The translations under genes and the position numbers were made by a program. The notes under the pieces were generated by a model. It did no database searches. It was not told the origin of the DNA and saw nothing but the letters and a program-made list of their open reading frames with translations. From assembly GCF_009914755.1 (NCBI RefSeq), contig NC_060936.1: DNA of 64,000 nucleotides. One strand, given 5' to 3'. Origin of the DNA: the human T2T-CHM13v2.0 reference genome, Homo sapiens. Every line of letters begins with the position of its first letter. Positions within the stretch are counted from its first letter, which is position 1. This document shows positions 25,366 through 38,700 of the stretch, in pieces.

Positions 25366-27505
25366 CGCCACCATGAAGTAAATGCATTGTAAAATCAAGG
25401 TTCACCTTGCCAGCCCAGGTCTGTCTGTCCACACCTGCCAGGTTCCTGATGGAGCCAACTGAGCTCAAGTCCCCAGTGAGATTTGCAGACCCACCTGCTC
25501 CTCTTCCAACACTCTTTGAACTACTTAGTCATGGCAACAACAACTTGCCCCAGATTTCTGGAGAAGGGACAAGTCTTTCAACTTTTGATGAAAAACAAGC
25601 CAAAGCTCACTAAGCTGCCAAATCGCTTAGCCAATCGGACCACCAAGAAAAGTCAAAGTGCAGATGCCCAGTCTCGAACTTCTAGAACACACCAAGGCCA
25701 CCCCTCCTGGGAGGATATGGGAGTATAGGCTAGAAAGGATTCTGGGAGGTTTATCAATCCATTTCACTGCTTCCAGAACAACACACAAATCATTTTGGTG
25801 AGCAAAATCTTTAAAGAGCCCTCAAATATTCATAGCCTTTTCTATTTCCCTATCTGAGGTCTCACAGCCGTGAATGTTTCCCTCATGCTGCAATCTAAGC
25901 CCACTTCAGTGAGGATGGAAGTGGCTGGTCACCATCTTCTGTGTATCATCTTTTACAGACCACTCTTGAAACCTCCACAAAACCTCCTCTTCTTCGGGAC
26001 ATCTCATTTTGGCTCAGTTCTGCACTGCCTTACTATAGGTCCTCAGAGTCACGTCTGGTGGACTCTAATTGAGAACCTTGCCAGTAAGGCTGCTACCCTG
26101 CAGTGAGGGCTGGGCGGAGAGGCCCCTTCCTTCCGTTACGGTGCCTCAGCTCACCTGCACTGCCTTCTCCTTCCCCCTTCTCCAGGAGGAGGTGTCACAC
26201 TGTCACCAGGAATGGTCTCTGTGCTCTGGCCTGTTGTCCTTGGAGAAGCTGGGTCAGGTGTATGACTAATGAACTTCCCACCCACCTGTGCCCCTTCCAC
26301 CTGTCAGCTACACCTTCTGTGGTCGACAGCTGCTGCAGCCCCTTCCAGGCCTTCAGCAAACCTGCTACTGCTGCTGGTCTTGAGTTCCACTTCCTGTGTA
26401 GCGCCCCCACCAGGATCTTCCCCAGGCACTTGCCTATCCCTTTCTTGCCTGGAACACACTTTCGCCAGCCTTTCCCAGTTCTGCCACAGTCTACCAAATT
26501 GTTTGCTGAAAAATTCACAGAGCTTCGGCCTGCAAATCGTATATAGGCCTCTTCTCTCTTGTCTCCTTTTTATCATTTTCCACCCTAGCCCCTTCTCTTC
26601 CCAAGCTCAGGAAACGTCAGCTGTAATCAGTAGGGCATTCCCACACTACAGGAAACATACATCTAACCCAAGACCTAAGGACCCCAAAACAAAAAGGCCA
26701 AAGGCAAAGGCTAAAGGGGCAGAAGGTATTACATGCTTTTCAGGCCCTCTGTTTGGTTTCTACTAGCTGTAACACCACATTTTCCTTATTTTATTTTACT
26801 TTACTTCAATGTCAGGGCTTAGATCCCTGTGTCTATTCCAAAGCACATTTTAGGAAAAAAAATGGTGGAGGGGTAGTTATGTTTTGTTTGAGATCTCAGC
26901 CATCTACAATTTTCCAAGTAGTGGCCTGCTAAAAACTGCTTCATTTCCCACCTTGGCTTCCTGCACAAGCCTGGTTTGCCGAGGACACCGTGTGCAAATG
27001 CTTCCACATGATGGGTTTTGGCCAGGAAGGCACCCACAGCTGGGGCAGCTGGGAGGCACCGTAGCTCTAGAGACTCAGGAGAGGTAAAGATGCTGGGGAG
27101 CTGATGGTGATAGGAAGCCTTAGGGAGAACTCCATGAAAAACCCTGAGAGCATGGTACAGACCTCTGATGTGTGAGTGCCTCATGAGGAGCAAGGCTGAG
27201 CCAAGGACTGGGGGATAATGCATGGCCAGGAGTGAGGAAGGTAGAGGGGGTGGGAGAGAAGGAGAATAGGAATGATTCCTAAAGAAAAAAAAATGTAAAC
27301 AGCAGAGACAGAGCCCAACACACAGCCAGGTCATCACAAAGGACAGGCCCCGCCCCCACTGGCAGAACCAGCGGGCCTTTCCCTGCACTGCATTCCAGTG
27401 CAGGGACCAGCACCACATGGTTAACAAATGTTAATTGTTGAATGGACACAGGAAGAGGTTCCTACCAGGCTGGTCTCCGTTCTACAAATCACTGTCACCA
27501 CTTAC

Positions 27506-27689
27506 TCTTCCAACACCTTTTGGGCTCCAAGTCTGTCCATCAGCATCCGGAACTGGGCTTCCTCATCTTTGCCCATGTCGCCCAGATCCTCATCCCCTCT
27601 GGACAGATACACCTTCTCTTCATGGCGCTGGGCCACCTGTTCACCTACATCTTCCTGACTTGGGTTATTCTGGCTGAAGAAGAAATGAC
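27506..27689 (-). CDS. CRACR2A: CRACR2A coding exon 3 (aa 114-174, [18 protein letters not shown]...LGAQKVLE)
   Basis: Acceptor cccccag|GT, donor GAAGA|gtaagt; 184 nt, phase 1 to 2; open in frame with neighbouring exons. Confidence 0.97.
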
Positions 27690-28828
27690 CTGGGGGGTGC
27701 AGGGCACAAGGATCCGAATTAGACCATACCCATCCAGGAAGAGCTCAGCTTTCTCACCTGCCAGGAATCATTGAAGGTTCATCTGAGAGAAGGAAAGGGA
27801 AGGGAAAGCCCCTCCAGCAAAGATCCATGGACATGGGTCCGTGGACACGTTCCAGATTCTGTGACTTTTCCACTTCCACAAACACCCCATCAGTGATGCT
27901 AGAATCTGGGAATGGCAGAATGTAAGACGGATACGGTGTCTCCTTTGTGGTTCTCAGTCCCTTAACATCTGGCTTAGAACGCATCTCCGTTGATTTCTTC
28001 TTTAAGCAACAAGGCCTTTCCCTGCACTGCATTCCAGCACCCTGACTGCAGAGGCTCCTATTGTCATCCTAGTCATCCTCCCGCTAGCATCACTAGACTT
28101 CACATCTACAAGCTCCTTAACAGTTTCCAGTGTACTTCCTCCATACTCATACTGTCCAGTGTTACAGCAGTCTGTCTTATCCTCCCAAGTCAATTAGAAG
28201 CTCCTGAAGGTCAGGAAAGGCATCAGATACTTACAAGAAAATTATATGGCCCCACACATAAGGCAGATATATGGCTTTTGATGTATCTGATAGGATAGTG
28301 TGTCTGGTTTCTTTATATTGTTCATAGATCTCGATTCTTCTTCCTCCTGGTTACCTTGAGAATGTCTAGTCTGTTCAAACCTTCTAGAAATTCCTCTGAT
28401 AGCTGTTATCCCTCAACCTGGAAAATTCAGCCAGACTTGGGTTGGAATGAGCCATCCAGTTGTCCCACCTTTTGGCCATTTTTCTATGAAGGCAGAAAAG
28501 GAGAGGCTGCAAATCTCATCACAGCTCCCCCTTTTATGCTATGGCTTCTGCAGAGCTTCTGTCCATCTCCCTTGCCAGTCCCAGTGGGAGGGAGCTTGGT
28601 AATGGCAGTGCAGTGGGCACTGAGCAAGCGGCAATGTAAGCAGTTGAGACGGGCATGTGAGGAGGCCCAAGCAATCTAGAGCCTGGAGACCTTGAGCTCC
28701 AGGTCCCTGAAAGGAGGGCAGGAAAGCTTTACTACCTGCCCCCCAGGTCTACAAGGGACAGGAATGCACCTTATACAGTGTTAGGTAGACCCATAACCCT
28801 GAGGTCCCCAGCACCCATCAGAACTTAC

Positions 28829-28940
28829 TAAATCCAGTAGTGAACTCCTGTGGGGTCAGATAGCCATTGCCATCAGCATCCAGGGCATCAAACACATCCT
28901 CCAGTTCCTCCAGGCTGAGCGGTAGCTCCTTATGCAGCCT
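28829..28940 (-). CDS. CRACR2A: CRACR2A coding exon 2 (aa 77-113, [37 protein letters not shown]; EF-hand 2)
   Basis: Acceptor ttgttttcag|AGG, donor TTTA|gtaagt; 112 nt, phase 0 to 1; canonical EF loop [12 protein letters not shown]. Not in the supplied ORF track; translated by hand. Confidence 0.97.
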
Positions 28941-31215
28941 CTGAAAACAACCCAGAGTGTACTGGTTAACACTGACACTCACTGGTGGGGGAGGTGACCT
29001 GGGACTGCAGAGCCTTCTGCCAGAAAGTGTCTAGAGTTCGGCCCAGTCCTACAAAAGCCAGTAGAAAGCTTCTGCATCCAGACTGCTTCACCATCCCTCT
29101 CCTCCTTTGCATGTTAGCACAACTACCATTGATTGGGTGCCTACGAATGTACTAGGCCATTTGCTAGGTGATTTATAAATAAACAAATATGTAAATATGC
29201 ATTTATTTATCTATCTGCATTTAATTCCCATGACAACACTCTGAGCTAGGCACTATTATCTCTGTTTTACAGATGAAGTTTGAGGTGAAATTACCTGCTC
29301 CAAAGTCACATGGCTAGTAATGACATAGCCAGGAGTCAAATCCAGCTCTGATTCCAAAGCCAGCACTCTCAACGTCTGTAAAGGACTCAAACTGTACAGG
29401 ACCAAATACTTTCAGGATAATACTCACACAGCATGGTGCTGTAAAGTTGAATGCAATCATGAATGTAAAGCATATAACAGTGCCTGCATACAGAAAGCAT
29501 TCAATATAAAGTAGTAGGGAGGCAGAGAGAGAGAGAGACTCATGGCCCACTGAGGCCCCTCAAGGAAGTACATGGCAGAGCCAGGCTTCAAACCCTGTCT
29601 TCCCTGCTCTCCCTAAGCCCCCTTTCCTCTCCCGTACCACGATGCGGGTGCGGGTCACTTACTTGAGGCCTCTCCTGCTGGAGGCCCCTGGTGTCCCATT
29701 GCCTCAGCACTGCATTTGTAAGTGTCTGTGGACACACATTTTGGTGCTTGAGCTCTGAGGGGATATGGGATAATCCCCCTTCCTACCTCTGAGTGACCCA
29801 CACCCAGGCCCCGAGTCCAGGTTCCACTCCAGCTCCCTGCTGACTGGTAAGGAATTCCTAATAAGATCTCAACTGCCATTGGCTTAAGGTATCAAGGCCC
29901 CAAGAGTATTTGTGTGTTAAAGGGGGACTGGACAAGATAGTGTGAGGAGGTTATCGCTGGATTTGAGTCTAGAGCAGACTCAGACCTCATAAGGAGGGAA
30001 GGGCAGAGAACAATTAATAGGCCCAAGAGCAAAGCAGCTGAGCTGTTGCTGCTCCCTTCTGGCCTTCTGCCCGATGTGCAATGGCCCCAAGCCAAGGCTA
30101 ACTTGCATAGATGAAGCAAGTGTACCCTCATACCCAAATAATCTAGGTCTCCAAATGAGAACTCCCCAGAGAGTTATATCTCAGCCGATCCTCTCCCTTC
30201 CTCCCAGTTACCTAAGCGGTAACCGTGCGAAATTGCCAGTGTGGAAGTGACTGACAGCTGAAAACAATGAATGCGGGGCTTTGTAAGAAGAAAGGTATAT
30301 ATCAACCTCAACAATAAAAAAGAGCTGGCAGGTGTGAAAGCCCATAACATAATTGGCAAGAATACTTGGCTTGATCCTATGGCAGTTCTAGCTGATAAGC
30401 CATAAAGCTTAATTTGGCAGGTACATGCATTAAGGGAGACTATGATGCATTATAAAGTGGGAAGACAGGCTGATGTGGAAGCCATTTAGAAGAATTGAAT
30501 TAAATATGAATGGGCTTTTCAGAAAAGGAAGGAGAGTGAGAGAGAGTGTGCAAAGATTCTGGAAGTATATCTGCTTAGCATTCAGCAGAATCTCTGACTT
30601 ATCAACAATCCATAAACCAGCTGTCTCAAAAGCTACAGTAGGAGAACACGGGTGAGGAGAGAGTCAATTTTGCAAGCAGGGATTTTATTAGCATCATTGG
30701 AAATAAGAAGCATCACACCTGAGGTAGGGTAAAAGCGCAAGCTCCTGTCACGCTCACATTCCAGTCCTTCCTTTGGATTATCCTTCCTCCTTCCCCACCC
30801 TCAGACTAGGATTGCTGGATCTGATTCAAAATGTGGTCTCTCGCACTGGGCTGGAGCAAGAAATGAGCTGCAAGAAAATTCCAGAGATCAACGGGACCCT
30901 CAACATGCCTTTCACTCAAACACCCCACACACTTTTCTCATGTTAGCATGAACCAGGAGAGGCTAGTTCACAGCTCACCTTAGGCACCATTCCTGAATCC
31001 AGCAGCACTTCGAACCCCAAATCCCCCTGTTGTCTAATCCCAGTTCTTGTCTACATCTCAAGTCAGTTTCCTCCTCCCATTGTCAGCAAAGATGGGGAAA
31101 GCAATATTATAGGTTCCAAGTAATTCTTACTACTCAAGTGCTGGCAAGTCAGCGCTGAGTGCTTCTTCAGCCTTCTCTGCAACTGATTCTATACCTGATT
31201 CTTCACTACACCTGA

Positions 31216-31676
<461 letters not shown>

Positions 31677-32971
31677 TACATTTTTAACTAAGTGAGATAA
31701 GCAGGGTGGAGGGGAGCAAGATTATTTATTCCACTGTGCAATAGGCCTGTGAGGCTCTGAGATTAGCCTAAAGTCACAGTGCAGACCACAGCTGGGAAAA
31801 GAACTGATTTTCCATCCAGGGCTTGAGCAACTGTCTAATAGTTCTCCAGGGCATTCATTCTGTTATTCCCTCACCTTCATTACCTCCCACACCTACCCAC
31901 CTACCAGCACCACCAAAATCAGAACACAAAGTCTCTCTTGCCAGCACCAAGACCCAGCCTTCCAGAGATCCTGTGGCACGCACAGCTTTTCACACACCTG
32001 GAAGGGTGGGCCAGGGAAAAAGAGAGGCATGAGGAGGAACTCAGCTTCCTATTCGTACTGCCCATGGCCCTGGGAGCTCTTGAGAACTCCTTGGCTCCTT
32101 TAAACACCAGCCTCACTCTTTCTTCACTCTCAGCTCCTGCGTCACTTCCTCCGTAAGGCCTTTGCACCTCCCCAGGTTAGGTCAGGTTATACAAGCTCCC
32201 CAAACTACCTTTCTCTCATTCATAAATCTTTCCCAATTAGCATTTTATATACTGATAGATGTGACTCATTGATGAACGTCTGCTCCCTCAGTGCTCTGAG
32301 AACAGGGACCTCATTCGTTAGGCACTGTTGTGTCCCCAGGATCTAGCCCAATGCTGACAAACATGGACTATTTAGATAAGTGTTGAAGGAAGGCATAGAT
32401 AAGCGCTTGACTAAGAGCAATGGCAGGAGACCCTGAGCTCCTATGTACAGAGTGCTGGTCTAGACCTCACACACTCCAGAACCTGACCAGCCCAACTGCT
32501 AATTCTCAGCAAGACTCATAGTGACTGGCAACCTTCCAGAACCTAGAACATGAGGCATCTACAGCAGCAGTACTGAGAGTTCATGCCCCAGAGCCACGGG
32601 AAAGTGATGTCTTTTGTTGCACTCCAGCCAGGCTCCTTTACCTTCCTAGTCACCAGCCCAGTAACATACCCCATGTAGCTTAAAGTGTATGGTTGCACAG
32701 CTTCAAACATGCTTCCATGACATTTTTATTGAGGAAAAAATCAGAGGATATCCATTTTTTATGTCCAGAATTACACTGTCCCTCCTTTTGGGGCAATCAC
32801 AGCATTCTTTTCAGACCCCCATTCCAGCACCAACCACCCTCTTCCCTGTGGTACAGTTCAGCTATACCAAATCTCTCTAGGACGAGAGTGGGAGGTGGGA
32901 GGGCAGGATCAACCTTTATCCTGCTTTGCACCTTGATGTGCTTGGCTTGGGCTGATTACGTGGTATAGGCC

Positions 32972-33760
32972 ACAGTTTCTCAACCTTGGCACTACCGACA
33001 TTTTGGAATGGACAATTTTTGGTTAAGGGGGTAGTGGAGGGGAAGGCAGGGGAGGGACCATCCTGTGTATTACAGGATATGTAGCAGCATCCCTAGCCTT
33101 TGCCTGCTAAACGCCAGCAGCACTTCCCTCACCAGTCGTTTCAATAAAAAATGCCTCCATACATTGTGTAAGGAATATGGCTGTGCTTTGGTCAAAGATA
33201 GACCGAGGTAGAATGTTTACATCCTGCGTGAGTCAGCAAGTTTAGAGTGCAGGCGTATAATTCCACTTGTTATCACAGCCATGTAGCCATAACATGAGAA
33301 GGCCATCACTTGGCTGTACACCACTATTGTCTGTAAAAGATATAATTGTCCTGTTGACACTGTGCAGGCATGCTTGCGCTTGTGCCCAGAGAAAGAGAGA
33401 GAGTCAGAGCTGCCTGTCATTGCAGACAGACTGCGGGGAGCCAGGACACATGCCCAAAGAAAGAATTAAGCTGCTGACCCTGAAGGCAAGGGAGAGCGGG
33501 CCACGCAGCTGTGTGTGGGAGCCGCCAGATTAAGTAGCCAAGACAGGGCGGACAGTGTGAGAAAGCTGTTGATGAAAGCTGCTGCTGAATAAAACCATAT
33601 TCACCTGCCTACGGCCCCCTGAGTATTGTTTCTGCTCATCCACTCATTCCCTCCGGACCTCAGCATGGGCTGGAACCTATCCCCAAGCATGACAATTGGT
33701 GTAGTTGTGAACATGACACATTGCCATATGTCCTCCAGGAGGCAAAATTGCCGCCACTCA
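32972..33760. mobile_element. MER20-like hAT-Charlie element split by the LTR insertion
   Basis: cagtttctcaaccttggcact...cattg | LTR | ccatatgtcctccaggaggcaaaattgcc; the two halves join across the TSD. Confidence 0.75.
33167..33718 (+). mobile_element. ERVL solo LTR (LTR18-like)
   Basis: TG...CA termini, perfect 5-bp TSD cattg (33162-33166 and 33719-33723), AATAAA near 33588; family assigned from recalled consensus. Confidence 0.8.
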
Positions 33761-33883
33761 TGTAGATTGGACACAAAGAATAACAGCAGCTGGATACGAG
33801 TGGAAGGTTCCCTTTTCAGCAGAAATGCCCGTTTCTTTTCTCTAAGACAGGACAGACAACTTGCACCTTAAAATTACAATGTG

Positions 33884-34505
33884 ATGGTGCAGCTATTGTA
33901 TAAAATGGTATGGTGTCTCCTCAAAAAATTTACAAAATAGAATTATCCTATAATCCAGCAATTCCACTTCTGGGTATACACACCAAAGAATAAAAAGCAA
34001 GGTCTTGAACAGATATTTGCCCATCCATGTCCATATCAGCATTATTCACATATAGCCAACAGGCGGAAGCTACCCAAGTATCTACTGACAAAGGAATGGA
34101 GAAACAAAATGTGGTATATACATACAATGGAATATTATTCAGCCTTTAAAAATATTCTGACACATGCTACGATACAGATGAACCTTGAGGACATTATACT
34201 AAGTGAAATAAGCCAGTCGCAAAAGGACAAATATTATATAAGTCCACCTATATACGATACCTTGAGTAGTCCAATTCAGAGAGACAGAAAATAGAATGCT
34301 GGTTGCCAGGGGCTGGGAGTGGGCGAAATGAGGACATTGTTTTACGGGTACAGAGTTTCTGTTTTGCATGATAAAAAGAGTTCTGGAGATAAATGATAAT
34401 GGTGGTTGCAGAAGAAAGTGAATGTACTTAATGTCACTGAACTGCACACATAAAAAATGGTTACAATGGTAAATTGTGTGTTATCTGTATCTTACCACAA
34501 TTAAA
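33884..34505 (+). mobile_element. L1MB-type LINE 3' end fragment
   Basis: ORF2 C-terminal relic (MWYIHTMEYYSA...LEDIILSEISQSQKDK) plus an L1MB-style 3'UTR. Confidence 0.85.
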
Positions 34506-34796
34506 CACAATCACAATGCAGAGGACATCAGGTACTGGGCTAAGATGTGGCACATACACAGTGCATTTCCAGGGATTTCCAGGTCCCAGTCTCAGGGCTG
34601 AGTGTGCTACATGCTTAAGCTCATTCAATTATCTTTTAATGCTGGGAGGTAGCTATAAATAATTCACAGCTGAGAAACTGTAGCCTAGAGGGGTTAAGAG
34701 ACACAAATTCGTATTACTAGCAAGTTGCAGATTGAGGATTAAAACCCAAGTTAATTTACTATAAAAATCTTTTAAAGTTTTCTAGTTAATCTAAAT

Positions 34797-35010
34797 CAGG
34801 AGATAGCTGGCTTTTTCTGAAAACAGCCAGGGAGTGCATATTCTAGGTTTTGTGGACCATTCGGTCTTTGTCACATCTACTTCCCTCTGCCACTGCAGTG
34901 TGAAAGTAGCCACGGAAAACACATAAAAGAATGAGCACATCTGTGTTCCAAGAAAACTTTACTTACAAAAACAGGTAGTGGCCCAGATTTGGTTAGTTTG
35001 CCAACTCCTA
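34797..35010. mobile_element. MER58A-like hAT-Charlie MITE
   Basis: ...tgtgttccaagaaaactttacttacaaaaacaggtagtggcccagatttgg...tagtttgccaactccta. Confidence 0.75.
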
Positions 35011-35778
35011 AATGAGTCTTAAGTTTGGCATAGCCAAGAATTCTGGGCAGTGTTGGGGAGGCAGGTGCTTGGTGTTGGTAGACAATCCTTTTACTCCTCC
35101 AAAAAATCAGGGAAACAGGGCTTTTGAGGCTCTAGGTTTTCTCAGAGAGATCTCCTGCCCATCCTCTCTCCCTCTCCCTCTCCCAGCTGATGGAGTCTCT
35201 TCATGCTCTCTGTAGCCTTTTCCTCTCTGTCCTTTCCTCTGAGGCAGGACTGACTCAGCCCCCTGTGAAGCTTCTAGGGTATTGCACCAGACCTAACCCT
35301 GCAAAGCAACATCTACCCCAATTCTGTCTGGAGAGATCCCCAGGAAACCCAGAGAGATTCCTCAAGAAGGACAGTGTGACACCTGAGGAGTCATAAGGGA
35401 GGCTGAGGACTCTCTAAACTTGGTTCATGCAGGTCAACGTCCATCATCTGCTACCCCTAGAGCAGAACACATGCATTTCACATGCCCGAGCAGAGGGCAG
35501 CTTGTGCTCCTAGCTTGAGTGTAGCACACATTGGGCTCATCCTGGGTTTCTCCAGGTTTCTCAGGGACCCTGATTAAAAACAGCTTAAGCACCCTGCCCT
35601 TTCTCCCTGTGGTCCCTGCTCTATCTGGGTGAGCTGGCTACTTACTGGTGGGCTCCGATCACATGGCAGTCTCCCCACCCCTTGACAATTGTAAAGCCAA
35701 TCTCACAATCCATTTTTAATAAGAAGAAAGAAGAAAAACAGCCCTGGAGGAGGGGCTTGCTCCTCTCATCCCATTTTC

Positions 35779-38700
35779 TTTTTTTTTTTTTTTAACTTTT
35801 AAGTTCAAGGATATATGTGCAGGTTTGTTATATAGGTAAACTTGTGTCATGGGGGTTTGTTGTACATATTATTTCATCACCCAGGTATTAAGACTAGTAC
35901 CCATTAGTTATTTTTCCGGATCCTCTCCCTTCTTCCATCCTCCACTGTCCAACCAGCCCCAGTGTGTGTTGTCCCCCTCCACCATGTGTCCATGTGTTCT
36001 CATCCTTTAGCTCCCACTTATAAGTAGGAACATGTGGTATTTGATTTTCTGTTCCTGAATTAGTTTGCTATGGATAATGGCCTCCAGCTCCATCCAAGTT
36101 GCTGCAAAAGATATGATCTTGTTCTTTTTATGGCTGCATAGTATTCCATGGTGTATATGTATCAGATTTTCTTTATCCAGTCTACCATTGATGGGCATTT
36201 AGGTTGATTCCATGTCTTTGCTCCTGTGAATGGTGCTACAATGGACACATACATGTGTCTTTGTGTCAGAATGATTTCTATTCCTTTGGGTATATACCCA
36301 GTAATGGGATTGCTGGGTCCATGGTAGTTCTGTTTCTAGGTTTTTGAGGAATTGCACACTGCTTTCCACAATGGTTGAACGAATTTACACTCCCACCAAC
36401 AGTGTGTAAGTGTTCCTTTATCTCTGCAACCTTGCCAGCACCTGTTATTTTTTGGCTTTTTAGTAATAGCCATTCTGACTAGTGTGAGATGGTATCTCAT
36501 TGTGGTTTTGATTTGCGTTTCTCTAGTGATCAGTGATGACCTTTTTTTCATATGCTTGTTGGACACATGTATGTCTTCTTTTGAAAAGTTTCTATTCATG
36601 TCTTTTGCCCACTTTTTTATGGGATTGCTTGTTTCTTTCTTATAAATTTGTGTAAGTTCCTTGTAGATGCTGTATATTAGACCTTTGTCAGTGCATAGTT
36701 TGCAAAACTTTTCTCCCATTCTGTAGGTTGTCTGTTTACTCTGTTGATAGTTTCTTTTGCTGTGCAGAAGCTCTTTAGTTTAATTAGATTCCATTTGTCA
36801 ATTTTTGCTTTTGTTACAATTGCTTTTGGCATCTTCCTCATGAAATCCTTGCCCACTCTTATGTCCAGAATTGTATTGCCTAAGTTGTCTTCCAGGGTTT
36901 TTATAGTTTTGGGCTTTACATTTAAGTCTGTAATCCATTTTGAGTTTTGTTTTGTATATTGTAAGGAAGGGGTCCAGTTTTGATATATTCTGCATATGAC
37001 TAGCCAGTTATCCCAGCACCATTTATTGAATAGGGAGTCCTTTCCCCATTGCTTGTTTTTGTTAGCTTTGTCAAAGATCAGATGGTTGTGGGTGTGCAGC
37101 CTTATTTCTGGGCTCTCTATTCTGTTCCATTTGTCTATGTGTCTGTTTTTGTGTCAGTACCATGCTGTTTTGGTTACTATAGCCCTGTCGTATAGTTTGA
37201 AGTTGGGTAATGTTATGCCTCCAGCTTTGTTCTTTCTGCTTAGGATTGTCTTGGCTATTTGAGCTCTTTTGGTTCCATATGAATTTTAAAATAGTTTTTT
37301 CTAGTTCTGTGAATAATGTCCTTGGTAGTTTGACATGAATGGCATTGAATGTATAAATCGCTTTAGGCAGTATGGCCATTTTAGTGATACTGATTCTTCT
37401 GATGCATGAGCATAGAATGTTTTTCCCTTTGTTTGTGTCATCTCTGATTTCTCTGAGCAGTGTTTTTAGTTCTCCTTATACAGATCTTTCACCTTCCTGG
37501 TTAGCTGTATTCCTAGCTGTATTCCTTAGCTGTATTTTATTGTTTTTGTGGCAATTGTGAATGGGAATATCTTCCTGATTTGGCTCTTGGTTTGGCTGTT
37601 GTTGGTGTATAGGAATGCTAATGATTTTGTACAAAGTACTGAGACTTTGTTGAAGTTGTTTATCAGCTTAGGGAGCTTTTGGGCTGAGACTATGGGGTTT
37701 TTTAGATGTAGAATCATGTCTTCTGCAAACAGGGATAGCTTGACTTCCTCTCTTCCTAAATGGATGTGCTTTATTTCTTTCTTTTGCCTGATTGCTCTAT
37801 CCAGGACTTCCTATAGTATGTTGAATAGGAGTGGTGAGAGAGGGCATCCTTGTCTTGTGCTGGTTTTCAAGGGGAATGCTTCCAGCTTTTGACCATTCAG
37901 TATGATGTTGGCTGTTGGTTTGCCATAGATGGCTCTTATTATTTTGAGGTATGTTCCTTCAATACCTAGTTTGTTGAGAGTTTTTAACATGAGGTGCTGT
38001 TGAATCTTATCAAAAGTCTTTTCTGCATCTATTGAGATAATCATGTGGTTTTGCCTTTAGTTTTGTTTATGTGATGAATTACATTTATTGATTTGTGTAT
38101 GTTGAACCAACCTTGCATCCCAGGGATAAAGCTTACTTGATCATGGTGAGTAAGCTTTTTGGTGTGCTGTTGGATTTGGTTTGCCAGTATTTTGTTGAGG
38201 AATTTTGCATCAATGTTCATCAAGGATATTGGCCTGAAGTTTTCTTTTTTTGTTGTGTCTCTGCCAGGTTTTGATATCAGGATGATGCTGGCCTCATAGA
38301 GTGAGTTAGAGAGGAATCTCTCCTCCTCAATTTTTTTTAATAGTTTCGGTAGGAATGGTACCAGCTTTTCTTTTTTTTTTTTTGGTTGGTAGGCTATTTA
38401 TTACTGATTCAGTTTCAGAGCTCATAATTTGTCTGTTCAGGGATTCAATTTCTTCCTGGCTCAGTCTTGGAAGGGTGTATATGTCCAGGAATTTATCAAC
38501 TTCTTCTAGATTTTCTAATTTGTGTGCATAGAGGTGTCCATAATATTCTTTGATGGTTATTTGTATTTTTGTGTAGTCAGTAGTAATATTGCCTTTGCCA
38601 TTACTAATTGTGTTTATTTGGAGCTTCTCTCTTTTCTTCTTTATTAGTTTTTCTAATGATCTATCTATTTTATTAACTTTTTTTTTCAAAAAAAGAAAAA

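Noticed and set aside
26819-27427. 202-aa minus-strand ORF and neighbouring 147-165 aa ORFs
   Set aside because: Low-complexity W/C/H/P-rich translations with no recognisable domain or exon structure; chance intronic ORFs.
33688-33718. Doubled LTR terminus catgaca...catgaca enclosing a PBS-like ttggtgtagt
   Set aside because: The TSD lies outside the second copy and I recall this being part of the family consensus, so it is probably not locus-specific.
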